From contig AP038806.1 in the NCBI GenBank assembly GCA_047150005.1, positions 416,001 to 480,000 of the forward strand: a stretch of 64,000 nt of DNA. The letters run 5' to 3'. The position numbers were made by a program, and so were the translations under genes. This stretch comes from Nitrospira sp. GTDB lineage: Bacteria > Nitrospirota > Nitrospiria > Nitrospirales > Nitrospiraceae. Under the pieces are notes generated by a model. The model ran no database searches and was not told where the DNA came from. It saw only the letters and a list, made by a program, of their open reading frames with translations. Each line of letters starts with the position of its first letter. Position 1 is the first letter of the stretch. Of the stretch, positions 40,481-49,881 are shown in pieces.

Positions 40481-40515
40481 TGTTCTGGGCGTCCCTCCTG
40501 GTCACTCACGCCGTC

Positions 40516-40544
40516 ATCATACCGACTCGACGCGACCGTGCAAA
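40516..40544 (-). promoter_or_regulatory. Putative sigma70 promoter of kdsC-manC-manB
   Basis: TTTGCA-17 nt-TATGAT upstream of an AGGAGG SD. Confidence 0.5.
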
Positions 40545-40582
40545 CAAAAAATCGTAGCCGGGCCGTGCACCGATGTGCCGCC

Positions 40583-41437
40583 TTACGAATGCACCGCCGA
40601 CCCGGCCGAACGGGTCTGCCTCATGAACCGATTCAGCGCGTCGCGCCAATCGGGCAGCGGCGCCCGCACCAGTTCCAGACGGCCGTATGCCAAGACGCTG
40701 TACGGAGGACGCTTCGCCGGACGCGAGGATTCAGCGGTGGCGATCGGACGGACCACGGCGGCTCCACCCGACAGCCGCACGATCGTGTCGGCGAATTCGT
40801 ACCACGTGCTGCTTCCGCTGTTCGTCACGTGACAGATTCCCGTGAGCCTGCTTGGGATCAGGTCGCATAACGCGTGAGCCAGATCGTCGGCGAACGTCGG
40901 ACATCCCCGCTGGTCGGCCACGACCTCCAGCGTCGGCCGTTCGCCGGCGAGCCGCATGATCGTCTTGACGAAATTCTGCCCGCTCTGTCCGTAGAGCCAG
41001 GCCGTGCGGACGATGAGGCAATTCTCGCAATGTTCGGCGGCCGCCGCTTCCCCTTCCCGCTTCGACCGGCCATACACATTCAGCGGGTTGGTCAGATCTT
41101 CTTCCGTATAAGGCGCGGCCTTGACCCCGTCGAACACGTAGTCCGTCGAAATGTAGATCAGCCTGCTGCCGATCCGCCGCGCCGCACGCGCCACGGCGGT
41201 CGTCCCAGCGATGTTGACCGCCCTGGCTCGGTCCGGTTCTCGTTCCGCTCCATCAACATTGGTATAGGCGGCGGCGTGCACCACGACATCAGGCCGGGCT
41301 TGAACGATCTGCTCCTCGCACGACGGGGCCGTCAGATCGAACTCTGGCAAATCTTTCAGGATCAGCATCTCTTCCTTGAGTGCCTGCTGCAACGCGAAAC
41401 CAAGTTGGCCTTGTGCGCCAGTAATTAAGATACGCAT
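40583..41437 (-). CDS. rmlD: dTDP-4-dehydrorhamnose reductase
   Basis: GAQGQLG, AAYTNVDGAE, ISTDYVFDG, YGRSK, DQRGCPT. Confidence 0.95.
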   Translation of the reverse strand: MRILITGAQGQLGFALQQALKEEMLILKDLPEFDLTAPSCEEQIVQARPDVVVHAAAYTNVDGAEREPDRARAVNIAGTTAVARAARRIGSRLIYISTDYVFDGVKAAPYTEEDLTNPLNVYGRSKREGEAAAAEHCENCLIVRTAWLYGQSGQNFVKTIMRLAGERPTLEVVADQRGCPTFADDLAHALCDLIPSRLTGICHVTNSGSSTWYEFADTIVRLSGGAAVVRPIATAESSRPAKRPPYSVLAYGRLELVRAPLPDWRDALNRFMRQTRSAGSAVHS

Positions 41438-41445
41438 ACTAAGAA

Positions 41446-41517
41446 AGGTTCAGGTTGAGGTTGAGGTTAAGTTCAGTTCAGGAGAGCCATCCTCAACCTC
41501 AGGCTCAACCTTAGCCT
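41446..41517. repeat. Hairpin built from GGTTGA/TCAACC hexamer units
   Basis: 26-nt arms, about 21/26 complementary, spanning from the rmlB stop almost to the rmlD start. Confidence 0.75.
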
Positions 41518-42527
41518 GATTCTCTGAGTCGTTTACCGTATTGCTCTTCATAATAGCGGCGGAACTCGCCCGACTTGATGGGACGCCACCAGGATTCATG
41601 CATCCGGTACCATTCGACAGTGGCCTTCAGCCCATCTTCGAACGAGACGGACGGCTGCCATCCGAGCCGGCGCAGCTTAGTGCAATCGACCGCATAACGC
41701 CGATCGTGTCCCGGACGGTCGCGGACGAATTGGATGAGCCGGGTCGGTTTGCCGAGGCAGGCCAGCAACCGCTCCGCGACGGTGATATTTTCCCGTTCGT
41801 TGCCGCCCCCGATATTGTAGATCTGCCCCGGCTCACCCCGGAGCAGTATATACTCGATCGCCGCGCAATGATCCTCGACCGCCAGCCAGTCCCGGCGCTG
41901 GCGCCCGTCCCCATATAACGGAAGCGGCTGGTCGTCGATCGCGTTGGTGACGAACAAGGGAATGAACTTCTCCGGATACTGGTTGGGTCCGTAGGTGTTG
42001 CTGCCGCGCGTCACCATCACCGGAAAGCCGAACGTCGTCCAGTAACTCATCACGAGCAGTTCCCCGCCGGCCTTGCTCGCGGAATAGGGGCTACGCGGAG
42101 CGAGCGGCGCCTCCTCCGTCGAGCTTCCGGTTTCGACGCTGCCGTAGACCTCGTCGGTGCTGACCTGCAGGAACCGGGAGATGCCGGCGCGCCTGGATTC
42201 CTCCAGCAACACACCGGTCCCGACGACGTCCGTGTGCGCAAAGGTCCCCGGATCCATGATCGACCGATCGACATGGGTCTCCGCGGCGGCATTGACGACG
42301 GCGTCGATCCGGTGCTCGCGCAAGACCCGCTCCACCAACGGCTGATCGGCAATATCGCCGTGCACAAATCGATGCCGCCGGTCTCCTTCGAGATCCTGCA
42401 GGTTGGCGAGGTTGCCGGAATACGTCAGCGCATCCACGTTGACGACCTCATGGCCGCCTCCCGTGATCAGGCGACGGACCAGATGCGATCCGATGAACCC
42501 GGCACCTCCGGTCACCAGGATTCGCAC
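41511..42527 (-). CDS. rmlB: dTDP-glucose 4,6-dehydratase
   Basis: GGAGFIGS, AAETHVDRSI, STDEVYG, PYSASKA, DRPGHDRRY; GTG start after GGAGG. Confidence 0.96.
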   Translation of the reverse strand: MRILVTGGAGFIGSHLVRRLITGGGHEVVNVDALTYSGNLANLQDLEGDRRHRFVHGDIADQPLVERVLREHRIDAVVNAAAETHVDRSIMDPGTFAHTDVVGTGVLLEESRRAGISRFLQVSTDEVYGSVETGSSTEEAPLAPRSPYSASKAGGELLVMSYWTTFGFPVMVTRGSNTYGPNQYPEKFIPLFVTNAIDDQPLPLYGDGRQRRDWLAVEDHCAAIEYILLRGEPGQIYNIGGGNERENITVAERLLACLGKPTRLIQFVRDRPGHDRRYAVDCTKLRRLGWQPSVSFEDGLKATVEWYRMHESWWRPIKSGEFRRYYEEQYGKRLRESG

Positions 42528-42579
42528 GACGATTCCTCCAGGATACTGATATATTTTGGATCCCTCCAATGCATCTCTC

Positions 42580-42631
42580 TCTTATCCCTTCCCCTTTATC
42601 CCTCCCTTACCCCGTTACCCCGCTTATCTCT
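42580..42631. repeat. Degenerate 7-8-nt tandem repeats (CTTATCC/CTTACCC-like)
   Basis: cttatcc cttcccc tttatcc ctcc cttaccc cgttaccc cgcttatc between rmlA and rmlB. Confidence 0.6.
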
Positions 42632-43363
42632 CTACCCAATCTTATTGGCGCCCGTCCGGCTGACCAGCTGATGCGCATAGTGGAGCGATTCGATCGTGCC
42701 GGCATCCGTCCACCAGCCTTCAAGCAGGTTCCATGTCAGCGTGCCGGCTTGGATATACGCATTGTTCACATCCGTGATCTCCAATTCGCCGCGTCCCGAC
42801 GGCTTCAGCGTCTTGATGATGTCGAACACCTCGGCGTCGTAGAAGTAGATGCCCGTGACGGCATAGGGCGACGGGGGATTGACCGGCTTCTCCTCGATCC
42901 GAATGACATGCGTGCCTTGCAACACCGGCACACCGAATCGTTGAGGATCTTTCACCTCCTTTAACAGGATCTTCGCACCGTTCCGCTGCTCGCGAAACGC
43001 ACGCGCCGCGGCGGCAATGTTGCCCTCAATGATGTTGTCCCCGAGGATCACGCAAACCGGCTCCCCGTCGGCGAAGTGCTCCGCCAGCCAGAGCGCATCG
43101 GCGATGCCGCCCTCGCCTTCCTGATAGGTGTAGTTCAGCCGTTTGAGGCCGAACTCCTTGCCGTTGCCCAGGAGTTTCAAGAAATCGCCCGCGCTGTTGC
43201 CTCCGGTCACGAGCATGATCTCGTCGATGCCGGCGTTGGCGAGCGTTTGAATAGGATAGTAAATCATCGGCCGGTTGAACACCGGCAGCAGATGTTTGTT
43301 CGTGACCTTGGTCAGCGGCAACAATCTCGTCCCCAATCCTCCCGCCAGCACCACGCCTCTCAT
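42632..43363 (-). CDS. rmlA: Glucose-1-phosphate thymidylyltransferase (short RmlA/SpsI type)
   Basis: LAGGLGTRLLPLT..NKHLLPV, ILGDN, RGELEITD, WWTDAGT. Confidence 0.93.
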   Translation of the reverse strand: MRGVVLAGGLGTRLLPLTKVTNKHLLPVFNRPMIYYPIQTLANAGIDEIMLVTGGNSAGDFLKLLGNGKEFGLKRLNYTYQEGEGGIADALWLAEHFADGEPVCVILGDNIIEGNIAAAARAFREQRNGAKILLKEVKDPQRFGVPVLQGTHVIRIEEKPVNPPSPYAVTGIYFYDAEVFDIIKTLKPSGRGELEITDVNNAYIQAGTLTWNLLEGWWTDAGTIESLHYAHQLVSRTGANKIG

Positions 43364-43490
43364 GATCCCTCCTTCATGTGAGACCGCATGAGCATCCCGC
43401 GCGACACTCCCGCTTGCAAACCCGTTCTCATGGATGGCGTACCGCCCTCGACCGGTTTACTTCGCCTCTCTCAATGGACGCGCCCGCGAG

Positions 43491-45398
43491 CTACGGGATG
43501 GGCTGGGGTTTCGGCGGAGCGAGCGGCCTGTAGGTCGGAACGGCCTCCTGCAGCGCCCGGATCACCGCTTCGTCGTCGCCATGGCCGACCGCCGCTTCCA
43601 ACCCCGCGACGAGCCGATCGACCTCGCCCTCCCCGCGCACGCGATCCTTCACGGCACGGCGGATCTTGACGTGTGCGGTCGCTTCGACCTGCTCTCCCTC
43701 TTCGAACAACTCCTCGAACAGCTTCTCGCCGGGACGAAGCCCGACGTAGGTGATGCGGACATCTTCCTCCGGAACGAGCCCGGACAACACGATCATGTTT
43801 CTCGCGAGATCAACCACCTTGATCTGCTCGCCCATGTCGAGCACGAACACGTCTCCACCCTGGCCGAGGACGCTGGCCTGCAGGACCAACTGCACCGCTT
43901 CCGGAATCGTCATGAAGAAACGGGTAATGTCCGGATGCGTCACAGTGACCGGGCCCCCCGCGCGAATCTGTTCGGCGAACAAGGGGACTACGCTGCCGTT
44001 GCTCCCGAGGACGTTTCCGAATCGCACGACGGTGAATTTCGCCGCCGCCCCGAGATTCAACCGCTGGATCAGATCTTCCGCCACCCGCTTGGACGCCCCC
44101 ATCACACTCGTCGGGTTCACAGCCTTGTCCGTCGAAATCAGCACAAACCGTTCCACACCGGCTTGCAACGACGCTTCCGCCACAGTCCTGGTCCCCAGCA
44201 CGTTGTTGCGGACGGCCTCCTTGGGATTCATTTCCATGAGAGGGACATGCTTGTGCGCCGCCGCATGAAACACCAGCTCAGGCCGGGTCTGTCCCATAAC
44301 GTCCGCCACCCGTTCCGGCAGAGTGACGTCGCCCACAGTGGAGACGATCTTGACCCGTGGAAACCGTACCCGGAGCTCGAGATCCAGCGCATGCAGGCTG
44401 TTCTCGTACCGCTCGAACAGCACCAGCGACGACGGCCGATAATGCGCGATCTGCCGGCACAATTCGGAGCCGATCGAACCGCCCGCCCCGGTGACCAGCA
44501 CCCGTCTTCCTTCCAAGAGCGGATGCAATTCCTCCCGGTCGGTCTGCACCGGCTCTCGCTGCAGCAAGTCTTCCAGGCTCATCGGACGAACTTGCCTGAA
44601 GGCGGCTGGATCCGCGAGCAGCTGCTTGACGCTCGGCAGGATCTTGATGGGAACCTTGCAGCCTTCGGCCGCGGCCAAAATTTTTTGCTTCAGCGCGTTC
44701 GACGCCGAGGGGATTGCCACGATGATTTCATGGACCACCAGCCGCCTGGAGACCTCCGGGATGTCTTCGATCCGGCCGGCCACCGAAATGCCGTGAATTT
44801 TCATCCGCTGTTTCACCGGATCGTCGTCGATCAACCCCACCGGACGGTAATGGTAGCGGCCGTCGCTCAACATGTCCCGCACCAGGAGTTCACTCGCGTT
44901 GCCGGCACCGACGACGAGGACTCGCCTGGTCATCGGGCTCCAGACCTGAACCCATTCGCGGAACCACCGCACCGCCAGCCGGATCCCCGCCAGATACAGG
45001 CCGCTCAGCAACCCCGTGAGGATGAGCACCGAGCGCGGATACTCCACCCATCCGAAGAGACCGTGCAGCACCGCATACGAACCCGCGGCCCCGGCGACCG
45101 ACGCCCAGAGGATGCGTCCGAGGTCGTGCAGTCCCACATACCGCCACAGACCATGTTGAATACCGAAGACGAACAGCCCCAGCCAATACACTGCCACAAT
45201 GACGGGCAAGCCACGGAGCAGCAGTGCGCCGTAGAAGGGGGAAATTTCTCCGTCGAAGCGGAGCGCGAAGGCCGTGACGTTCGCCGCGACGACGAGGCCC
45301 GCCTGGCTCAGCACGACGATCACCGACCGATAGCGGAGCAGCGCGTCCCCGTAGCGGCCGAGAAGATGTTGAAAGATTCTGACGACGGTCAGGCGCAT
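43491..45398 (-). CDS. Membrane-bound nucleoside-diphosphate sugar 4,6-dehydratase (CapD/WbpM/PglF family)
   Basis: N-terminal TMs, TGAGGSIGSEL, HAAAHKHVP, STDKAVNP, RFGNVLGS, GLRPGEKL. Confidence 0.95.
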   Translation of the reverse strand: MRLTVVRIFQHLLGRYGDALLRYRSVIVVLSQAGLVVAANVTAFALRFDGEISPFYGALLLRGLPVIVAVYWLGLFVFGIQHGLWRYVGLHDLGRILWASVAGAAGSYAVLHGLFGWVEYPRSVLILTGLLSGLYLAGIRLAVRWFREWVQVWSPMTRRVLVVGAGNASELLVRDMLSDGRYHYRPVGLIDDDPVKQRMKIHGISVAGRIEDIPEVSRRLVVHEIIVAIPSASNALKQKILAAAEGCKVPIKILPSVKQLLADPAAFRQVRPMSLEDLLQREPVQTDREELHPLLEGRRVLVTGAGGSIGSELCRQIAHYRPSSLVLFERYENSLHALDLELRVRFPRVKIVSTVGDVTLPERVADVMGQTRPELVFHAAAHKHVPLMEMNPKEAVRNNVLGTRTVAEASLQAGVERFVLISTDKAVNPTSVMGASKRVAEDLIQRLNLGAAAKFTVVRFGNVLGSNGSVVPLFAEQIRAGGPVTVTHPDITRFFMTIPEAVQLVLQASVLGQGGDVFVLDMGEQIKVVDLARNMIVLSGLVPEEDVRITYVGLRPGEKLFEELFEEGEQVEATAHVKIRRAVKDRVRGEGEVDRLVAGLEAAVGHGDDEAVIRALQEAVPTYRPLAPPKPQPIP

Positions 45399-45403
45399 AG
45401 AAA

Positions 45404-46696
45404 TCAGCTCGAAACGGCTGCGTCTCCGTGATCGCCGCACGAAGGCAGAGCAAGGATGCTCATGCCCACCAACACCCAGAAGAAGACCGCCAGAGTCCCG
45501 ACCAACATTTGATCAAATTGCAGGCGCACGAACAACCCGATCATACTCCCGACCGTGCCTGCCAGCACTAATCTCGAGAATTTGTCCGTCGCCCTTCGAT
45601 AGCCGTTCATGGTCGTGCGTACCAACGACACATAGAATCCGAGAAACAGCGCCATTCCTGCCACGCCCACATGAAGCGCCAGGTACAACAAGATGTTGTG
45701 GGCGCCTTGGGCCTTCACGGCCGCATGTCCGGGAACGACCGTTTCTGCATCGTCTCCGTACAGCATCGAATACGTTTGTCCTCCGTACCCCACGCCGACG
45801 AGCCAGTGCTCGCCGATCTCCGACAAGGTGAATTTCCAGATATCGAATCGATGGACGATGGACGCCAGGCCGGTCTTGACCGGAATGGAACTCTGGACTG
45901 CCGGTTGCTGCCCCGCCGGAACCGGTGACTTGAGCCAGACGGCCAGAAGCACGACGAGCACCAAGCCGAACGTCACCGCACCGGCCGTCCATTTGGCCAA
46001 CACAGTCCGCATGACCCAGGCCATCACGGCCAGCTCGGTCACAAGCGCGATCAGTCCGGCCCTGGATTGGGTGCTCAGCAGACAGGCGGCAGTCGTCGCC
46101 GACAGGATCATCCCTACCCCCTTGACCCGGTTGGAATGATCGCCGTAGGCGGCAGCCAGCGCATACGGCAGGGTCATGACGAGAAACGTCGTCAGCCAGA
46201 CCTCGGCTGGAAATGAGGAAATGACCGCCTGCGAATTGGCGGGGTTGAATTGCGTCAGGCCGTACGCTGACACGAGGAACAGCGACGTACCCAATATGAG
46301 GAGCAGCACCTTCCTGCTTCGCGCGTCCGCCAAGAACCATACCACGGCATAGAGCACGGTCATCCCCTGGAGCAATTTGCCGTACTCCTTGAAACTGTAT
46401 GAAGGAAACGCCGCGAACGGAATCGTGATCCCCACCCACAGGACGAACGAGAGGAGCCACAGGTCGTACGGCGTCTTCTTATAGAAGAACCGCCTCCTGG
46501 CCAGGCACCACACGACCAGCAGGCCGAGCAGCACGAGATATCCGTGCCGTTCCACGACCAGCAGCTTCTTGAACGGCAACGTGGCCACGTAGACCAACAA
46601 GACAAGCCGGATCGTCGCATCGAAATACCAGGACAACGTGGCGAGCCACGGCGGCGACGAATCGCGAAGCTCCTCCGTCACGTCATGCGCTCCCAT
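45404..46696 (-). CDS. O-antigen ligase/Wzy-like polytopic membrane protein
   Basis: Many TMs, TQSRAG, R..IW..GVGYG, AHN..L..GVAG pattern; start approximate. Confidence 0.85.
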   Translation of the reverse strand: MGAHDVTEELRDSSPPWLATLSWYFDATIRLVLLVYVATLPFKKLLVVERHGYLVLLGLLVVWCLARRRFFYKKTPYDLWLLSFVLWVGITIPFAAFPSYSFKEYGKLLQGMTVLYAVVWFLADARSRKVLLLILGTSLFLVSAYGLTQFNPANSQAVISSFPAEVWLTTFLVMTLPYALAAAYGDHSNRVKGVGMILSATTAACLLSTQSRAGLIALVTELAVMAWVMRTVLAKWTAGAVTFGLVLVVLLAVWLKSPVPAGQQPAVQSSIPVKTGLASIVHRFDIWKFTLSEIGEHWLVGVGYGGQTYSMLYGDDAETVVPGHAAVKAQGAHNILLYLALHVGVAGMALFLGFYVSLVRTTMNGYRRATDKFSRLVLAGTVGSMIGLFVRLQFDQMLVGTLAVFFWVLVGMSILALPSCGDHGDAAVSS

Positions 46697-47750
46697 GATC
46701 CGAACGCGATTCCCTCCGGTGGACCGCCCAAGCCAGACCGGCGAAGACCGCCGCCCAGGCAAGCAGGATCGCCACCCGCCACCGATCGGTCGCGCTCCGA
46801 TACGCAATCGCCAATCCTCCGCACCAGAGCATGAGCCCATACTCCGCAAGCACCGACCGCCGGTGGCTCCAACCGGAGAGCACCAATCGTTGATAATAAT
46901 GCTCCCGGTGTCCCTCCCAAATGCGCGCGCCGCGCCAGGCGCGGCGCAATACGGTCACCGTCGCGTCGAGGATGAACGGAGAAAAGATCAAGAGCGGCAC
47001 CCAGATGTCGAAGAGCCGGTCCCGCACGCCGAGCAGCATGAGAGCCCCCGCGGTAAAACCTAATGGAATACTTCCGACATCTCCCATAAAGATACGGGCC
47101 GGCGGAAAATTATGAACAAGAAACCCTGCCGCGCTCGCCGCCACGATCGACGTCGCGAGCAGCATGAACGGATGCCCGGCCTTCCAGCCGAAGAAGGCCA
47201 GAAATCCGAACCCGATGGCGGTCATGCCGCCCGCAAACCCATCCATCCCGTCCATGAAGTTGTAGAGATTGGTCATCCAAAGCAAAAACAGGACGCTGAT
47301 CGGCGCGGCGAACCAGCCCAGAGTCATGGTACCGACGCCGGGGATCGGCATGGACGAGAGTCTCAGCCCGACACCCCAGACGACGATCGCCGCCGCCACC
47401 GCCTGCGCCCCGAAGCGGACCCACACCGGCAACCCGCCGCGATCGTCCAGAAAGGACACGACGGTGACGAGGGCGATCGACCCGAGGATCCATAGGCTGG
47501 CGGATGCAAATCCCTTCGGGAGAAATCCCTTCGACTGGGGGATCACGGCGTAGGCGATCGCGGCTAGCCCCATCCCGATCAGGATGCTGGCCAGAATGGC
47601 GATGCCCCCGGAGCGGGGCGTCGGCGCGCTGTGCAGGGACCGTTCGTTTGGATGATCCAGCGAACGAAAAAACGACGCCTCATGCGCCAAACGGCCGGTG
47701 ATCCACCATGCCAACGTGCCCACGACCGCGGAAACCAAGAACCCCATCAT
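46683..47750 (-). CDS. MraY/WecA-family polyprenyl-phosphate sugar-1-phosphate transferase (WbpL-like)
   Basis: RSLHSAPTPRSGG, LDD, NLYNFMDGMDG, IFMGDVGS, HREHYYQR. Confidence 0.94.
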   Translation of the reverse strand: MMGFLVSAVVGTLAWWITGRLAHEASFFRSLDHPNERSLHSAPTPRSGGIAILASILIGMGLAAIAYAVIPQSKGFLPKGFASASLWILGSIALVTVVSFLDDRGGLPVWVRFGAQAVAAAIVVWGVGLRLSSMPIPGVGTMTLGWFAAPISVLFLLWMTNLYNFMDGMDGFAGGMTAIGFGFLAFFGWKAGHPFMLLATSIVAASAAGFLVHNFPPARIFMGDVGSIPLGFTAGALMLLGVRDRLFDIWVPLLIFSPFILDATVTVLRRAWRGARIWEGHREHYYQRLVLSGWSHRRSVLAEYGLMLWCGGLAIAYRSATDRWRVAILLAWAAVFAGLAWAVHRRESRSDHGSA

Positions 47751-48733
47751 GACCGTGACTGCCGATAATGCCGAACGAGATCCGGGACCGCCGCATCGAA
47801 CCTGTCGAACGGCCGGTATCCGGCCTCCCGCATGAGCGCGTCAGGACTATACCAGGCCTGCCCGATGAGTTTCACAAGCGTCGCGGACGTCAGCGGCATC
47901 GGCCGTCTCACACACAACTGGAGCAGATCGCCGCAGGCGCCCGCGAAGGTCAGGAGCGGGAGCGGGACGCGCCAAGACGGAGGCGGAAGACCGAGTCCAC
48001 GCCGCAGCAGATCGTAGATGTCAGTCACGGAGTAAGGGGCCTCGTCCGTCACGACGTAGCAGGGCCGGGCCACCTCCCTGGGCTGCAGCAGTGCACGCAC
48101 GGCGAGCACGAAATTCTTCACGCTGAGCAGGCTGCGGAGTGCCCGTACCCGAGGGAGCGGAGGAAACCGGCCGCGATTGATCGCGTCGATCATGCGATAG
48201 AGATTCCCCTTGGCAGTCCGGCCATAGACGAGGGGCAGGCGCAGCGATACCGTGGCAAAGCGTCCCGGCATGGCGGAGGCCGCCACCGCCTGTTCGGCTT
48301 CCCATTTGGAGCGCGCATACGGGGTTTGCGGATCGGGAGCCGTCCTCTCATCGGCGCAGCCGGCGGTCGTTTCTCCGAAGACCTTCACCGAGCTTGCGAA
48401 GAGAAACCGAGAGACGCCGCCCGCGACGGCCGCGTCCAACAGATGCCTGGTGCCGTCGACGTTGACCGACCGGTAATCCGCTTCCGTCAAGGACTTGTCA
48501 TCCGCCGCATGAACCAAGCCGGCCAGATGCACGACGGCGTCGCACCCGCGCGCCGCCTCTCCGGCGCAACGCGGATCGCGAACGTCACCAACAATGGTGT
48601 CGGCGCCGGGAACATCCTCCGCGAGCGCCGGCCGCCGAATGAGCGCCCGGACGCGATGACCGGACCGTACCAGGTCTTCGGTGAGCGCGCGTCCGAGAAA
48701 TCCTCCCGCCCCCGTCACGAGCACCTGCGTCAT
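47747..48733 (-). CDS. NAD-dependent epimerase/dehydratase
   Basis: GAGGFLG, HLAG, SSVKV, YARSK. Confidence 0.92.
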   Translation of the reverse strand: MTQVLVTGAGGFLGRALTEDLVRSGHRVRALIRRPALAEDVPGADTIVGDVRDPRCAGEAARGCDAVVHLAGLVHAADDKSLTEADYRSVNVDGTRHLLDAAVAGGVSRFLFASSVKVFGETTAGCADERTAPDPQTPYARSKWEAEQAVAASAMPGRFATVSLRLPLVYGRTAKGNLYRMIDAINRGRFPPLPRVRALRSLLSVKNFVLAVRALLQPREVARPCYVVTDEAPYSVTDIYDLLRRGLGLPPPSWRVPLPLLTFAGACGDLLQLCVRRPMPLTSATLVKLIGQAWYSPDALMREAGYRPFDRFDAAVPDLVRHYRQSRS

Positions 48734-49881
48734 GACACTGCCGCCGGCTTTCCGGCCAATAACTCCCGATACAGCCGGATCACCTGCCTCGTCACAGTTT
48801 CGACCGAGAACGACCGCACGACCAACTCGCGGGCCGCAACTCCCATGGCGGTCCGCAGCGAAGGATCATCGAGCAGCGAATGGATCGCCGCAGCCAGTGC
48901 CGCCGAGTCTTTTGGAGGCACGAGCAGACCCGTCACTCCGTGGACGAGAATTTCCCGGCAACCCGGTACGTCCGTCGTCACCATTGGCTTCCCGCAAGCC
49001 GCAGCCTCCAGGAGACTCTTCGGAAGGCCTTCCCGGTAGGAAGGCAGCACCGCGATCGTCGCGAGCGCCAGGACGGCGGACATGTCTTCCCGGTGTCCCC
49101 ACCACTCGACCAGGCCTTCCGCGACCCAGCTTCGAACCGTTTCTTCGGGAATGGCGGCGGGATTGTGTTCGTCGCAGCGGCCGACCAACACGAAGCGCGC
49201 CGAGACGCCTTCACGCGCGAGGCGGCGCGCCGCCTCGATGAACTCTCCGATTCCCTTGTCCCACAACATCCGTGACGCCAGCATGACGATCGGTCCTTCG
49301 CCGGACGGAGGACGCAGCGTGAAGGTCGAAACGTCCACCCCCGATCCCGGGATGATCCGGCTCTGTTCCTGCGTCACGACGCGCTCCTTGATGAGCCGAT
49401 CCCGATCGTCGCGATTCTGAAAGATCACGGTCGAACGGACGGATGCCAACACCAGACGCAACGCCCGCCCCAGCGTCCTGTTCAACAGCCTGCCTTGCCT
49501 GGCCTCGTCCGTGAACAGATAGCCCAATCCTGCAAAGGCATTCACGACGGTCGGCACCGCGGCGAGCCGCGCGGCGACCGATCCGTACAGAATCGGCTTC
49601 AGTCCCACGTGATGGACGATGGCCGGCCGCTCGCGCCGGTAGAGCCTCGTCAACTCCGCCAGGGCCGCGAGTTCAGCGAGAGGATTTCTGCTGCGCCTGG
49701 ACAATCGGATGGGAAACAGCCGGAACCCTTCCTTCAGGATCCTCGTCTCGTGATCGGTCACGCGGGTCGCCAGGGCAACGTCGAACCCGGCCGCGACCGC
49801 CGCGCGGGCGAGGTCCAGCCGGTGAGACCAGAAATACCAGTCCTCAGTGATGAGATACAGCAGCCGCGGACGAGCGTTCAT
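48730..49881 (-). CDS. Glycosyltransferase family 4 (CapM/PglA-like)
   Basis: DWYFWSHRL, GSGVD, RMLWDKG, PSYREGLPKSLLEAAA, TDVPGCRE. Confidence 0.94.
   Translation of the reverse strand: MNARPRLLYLITEDWYFWSHRLDLARAAVAAGFDVALATRVTDHETRILKEGFRLFPIRLSRRSRNPLAELAALAELTRLYRRERPAIVHHVGLKPILYGSVAARLAAVPTVVNAFAGLGYLFTDEARQGRLLNRTLGRALRLVLASVRSTVIFQNRDDRDRLIKERVVTQEQSRIIPGSGVDVSTFTLRPPSGEGPIVMLASRMLWDKGIGEFIEAARRLAREGVSARFVLVGRCDEHNPAAIPEETVRSWVAEGLVEWWGHREDMSAVLALATIAVLPSYREGLPKSLLEAAACGKPMVTTDVPGCREILVHGVTGLLVPPKDSAALAAAIHSLLDDPSLRTAMGVAARELVVRSFSVETVTRQVIRLYRELLAGKPAAVS

Noticed and set aside
41446..42635. CRISPR array at the short-repeat tracts
   Set aside because: Units are 6-8 nt with no spacers, and there are no cas genes in the window.
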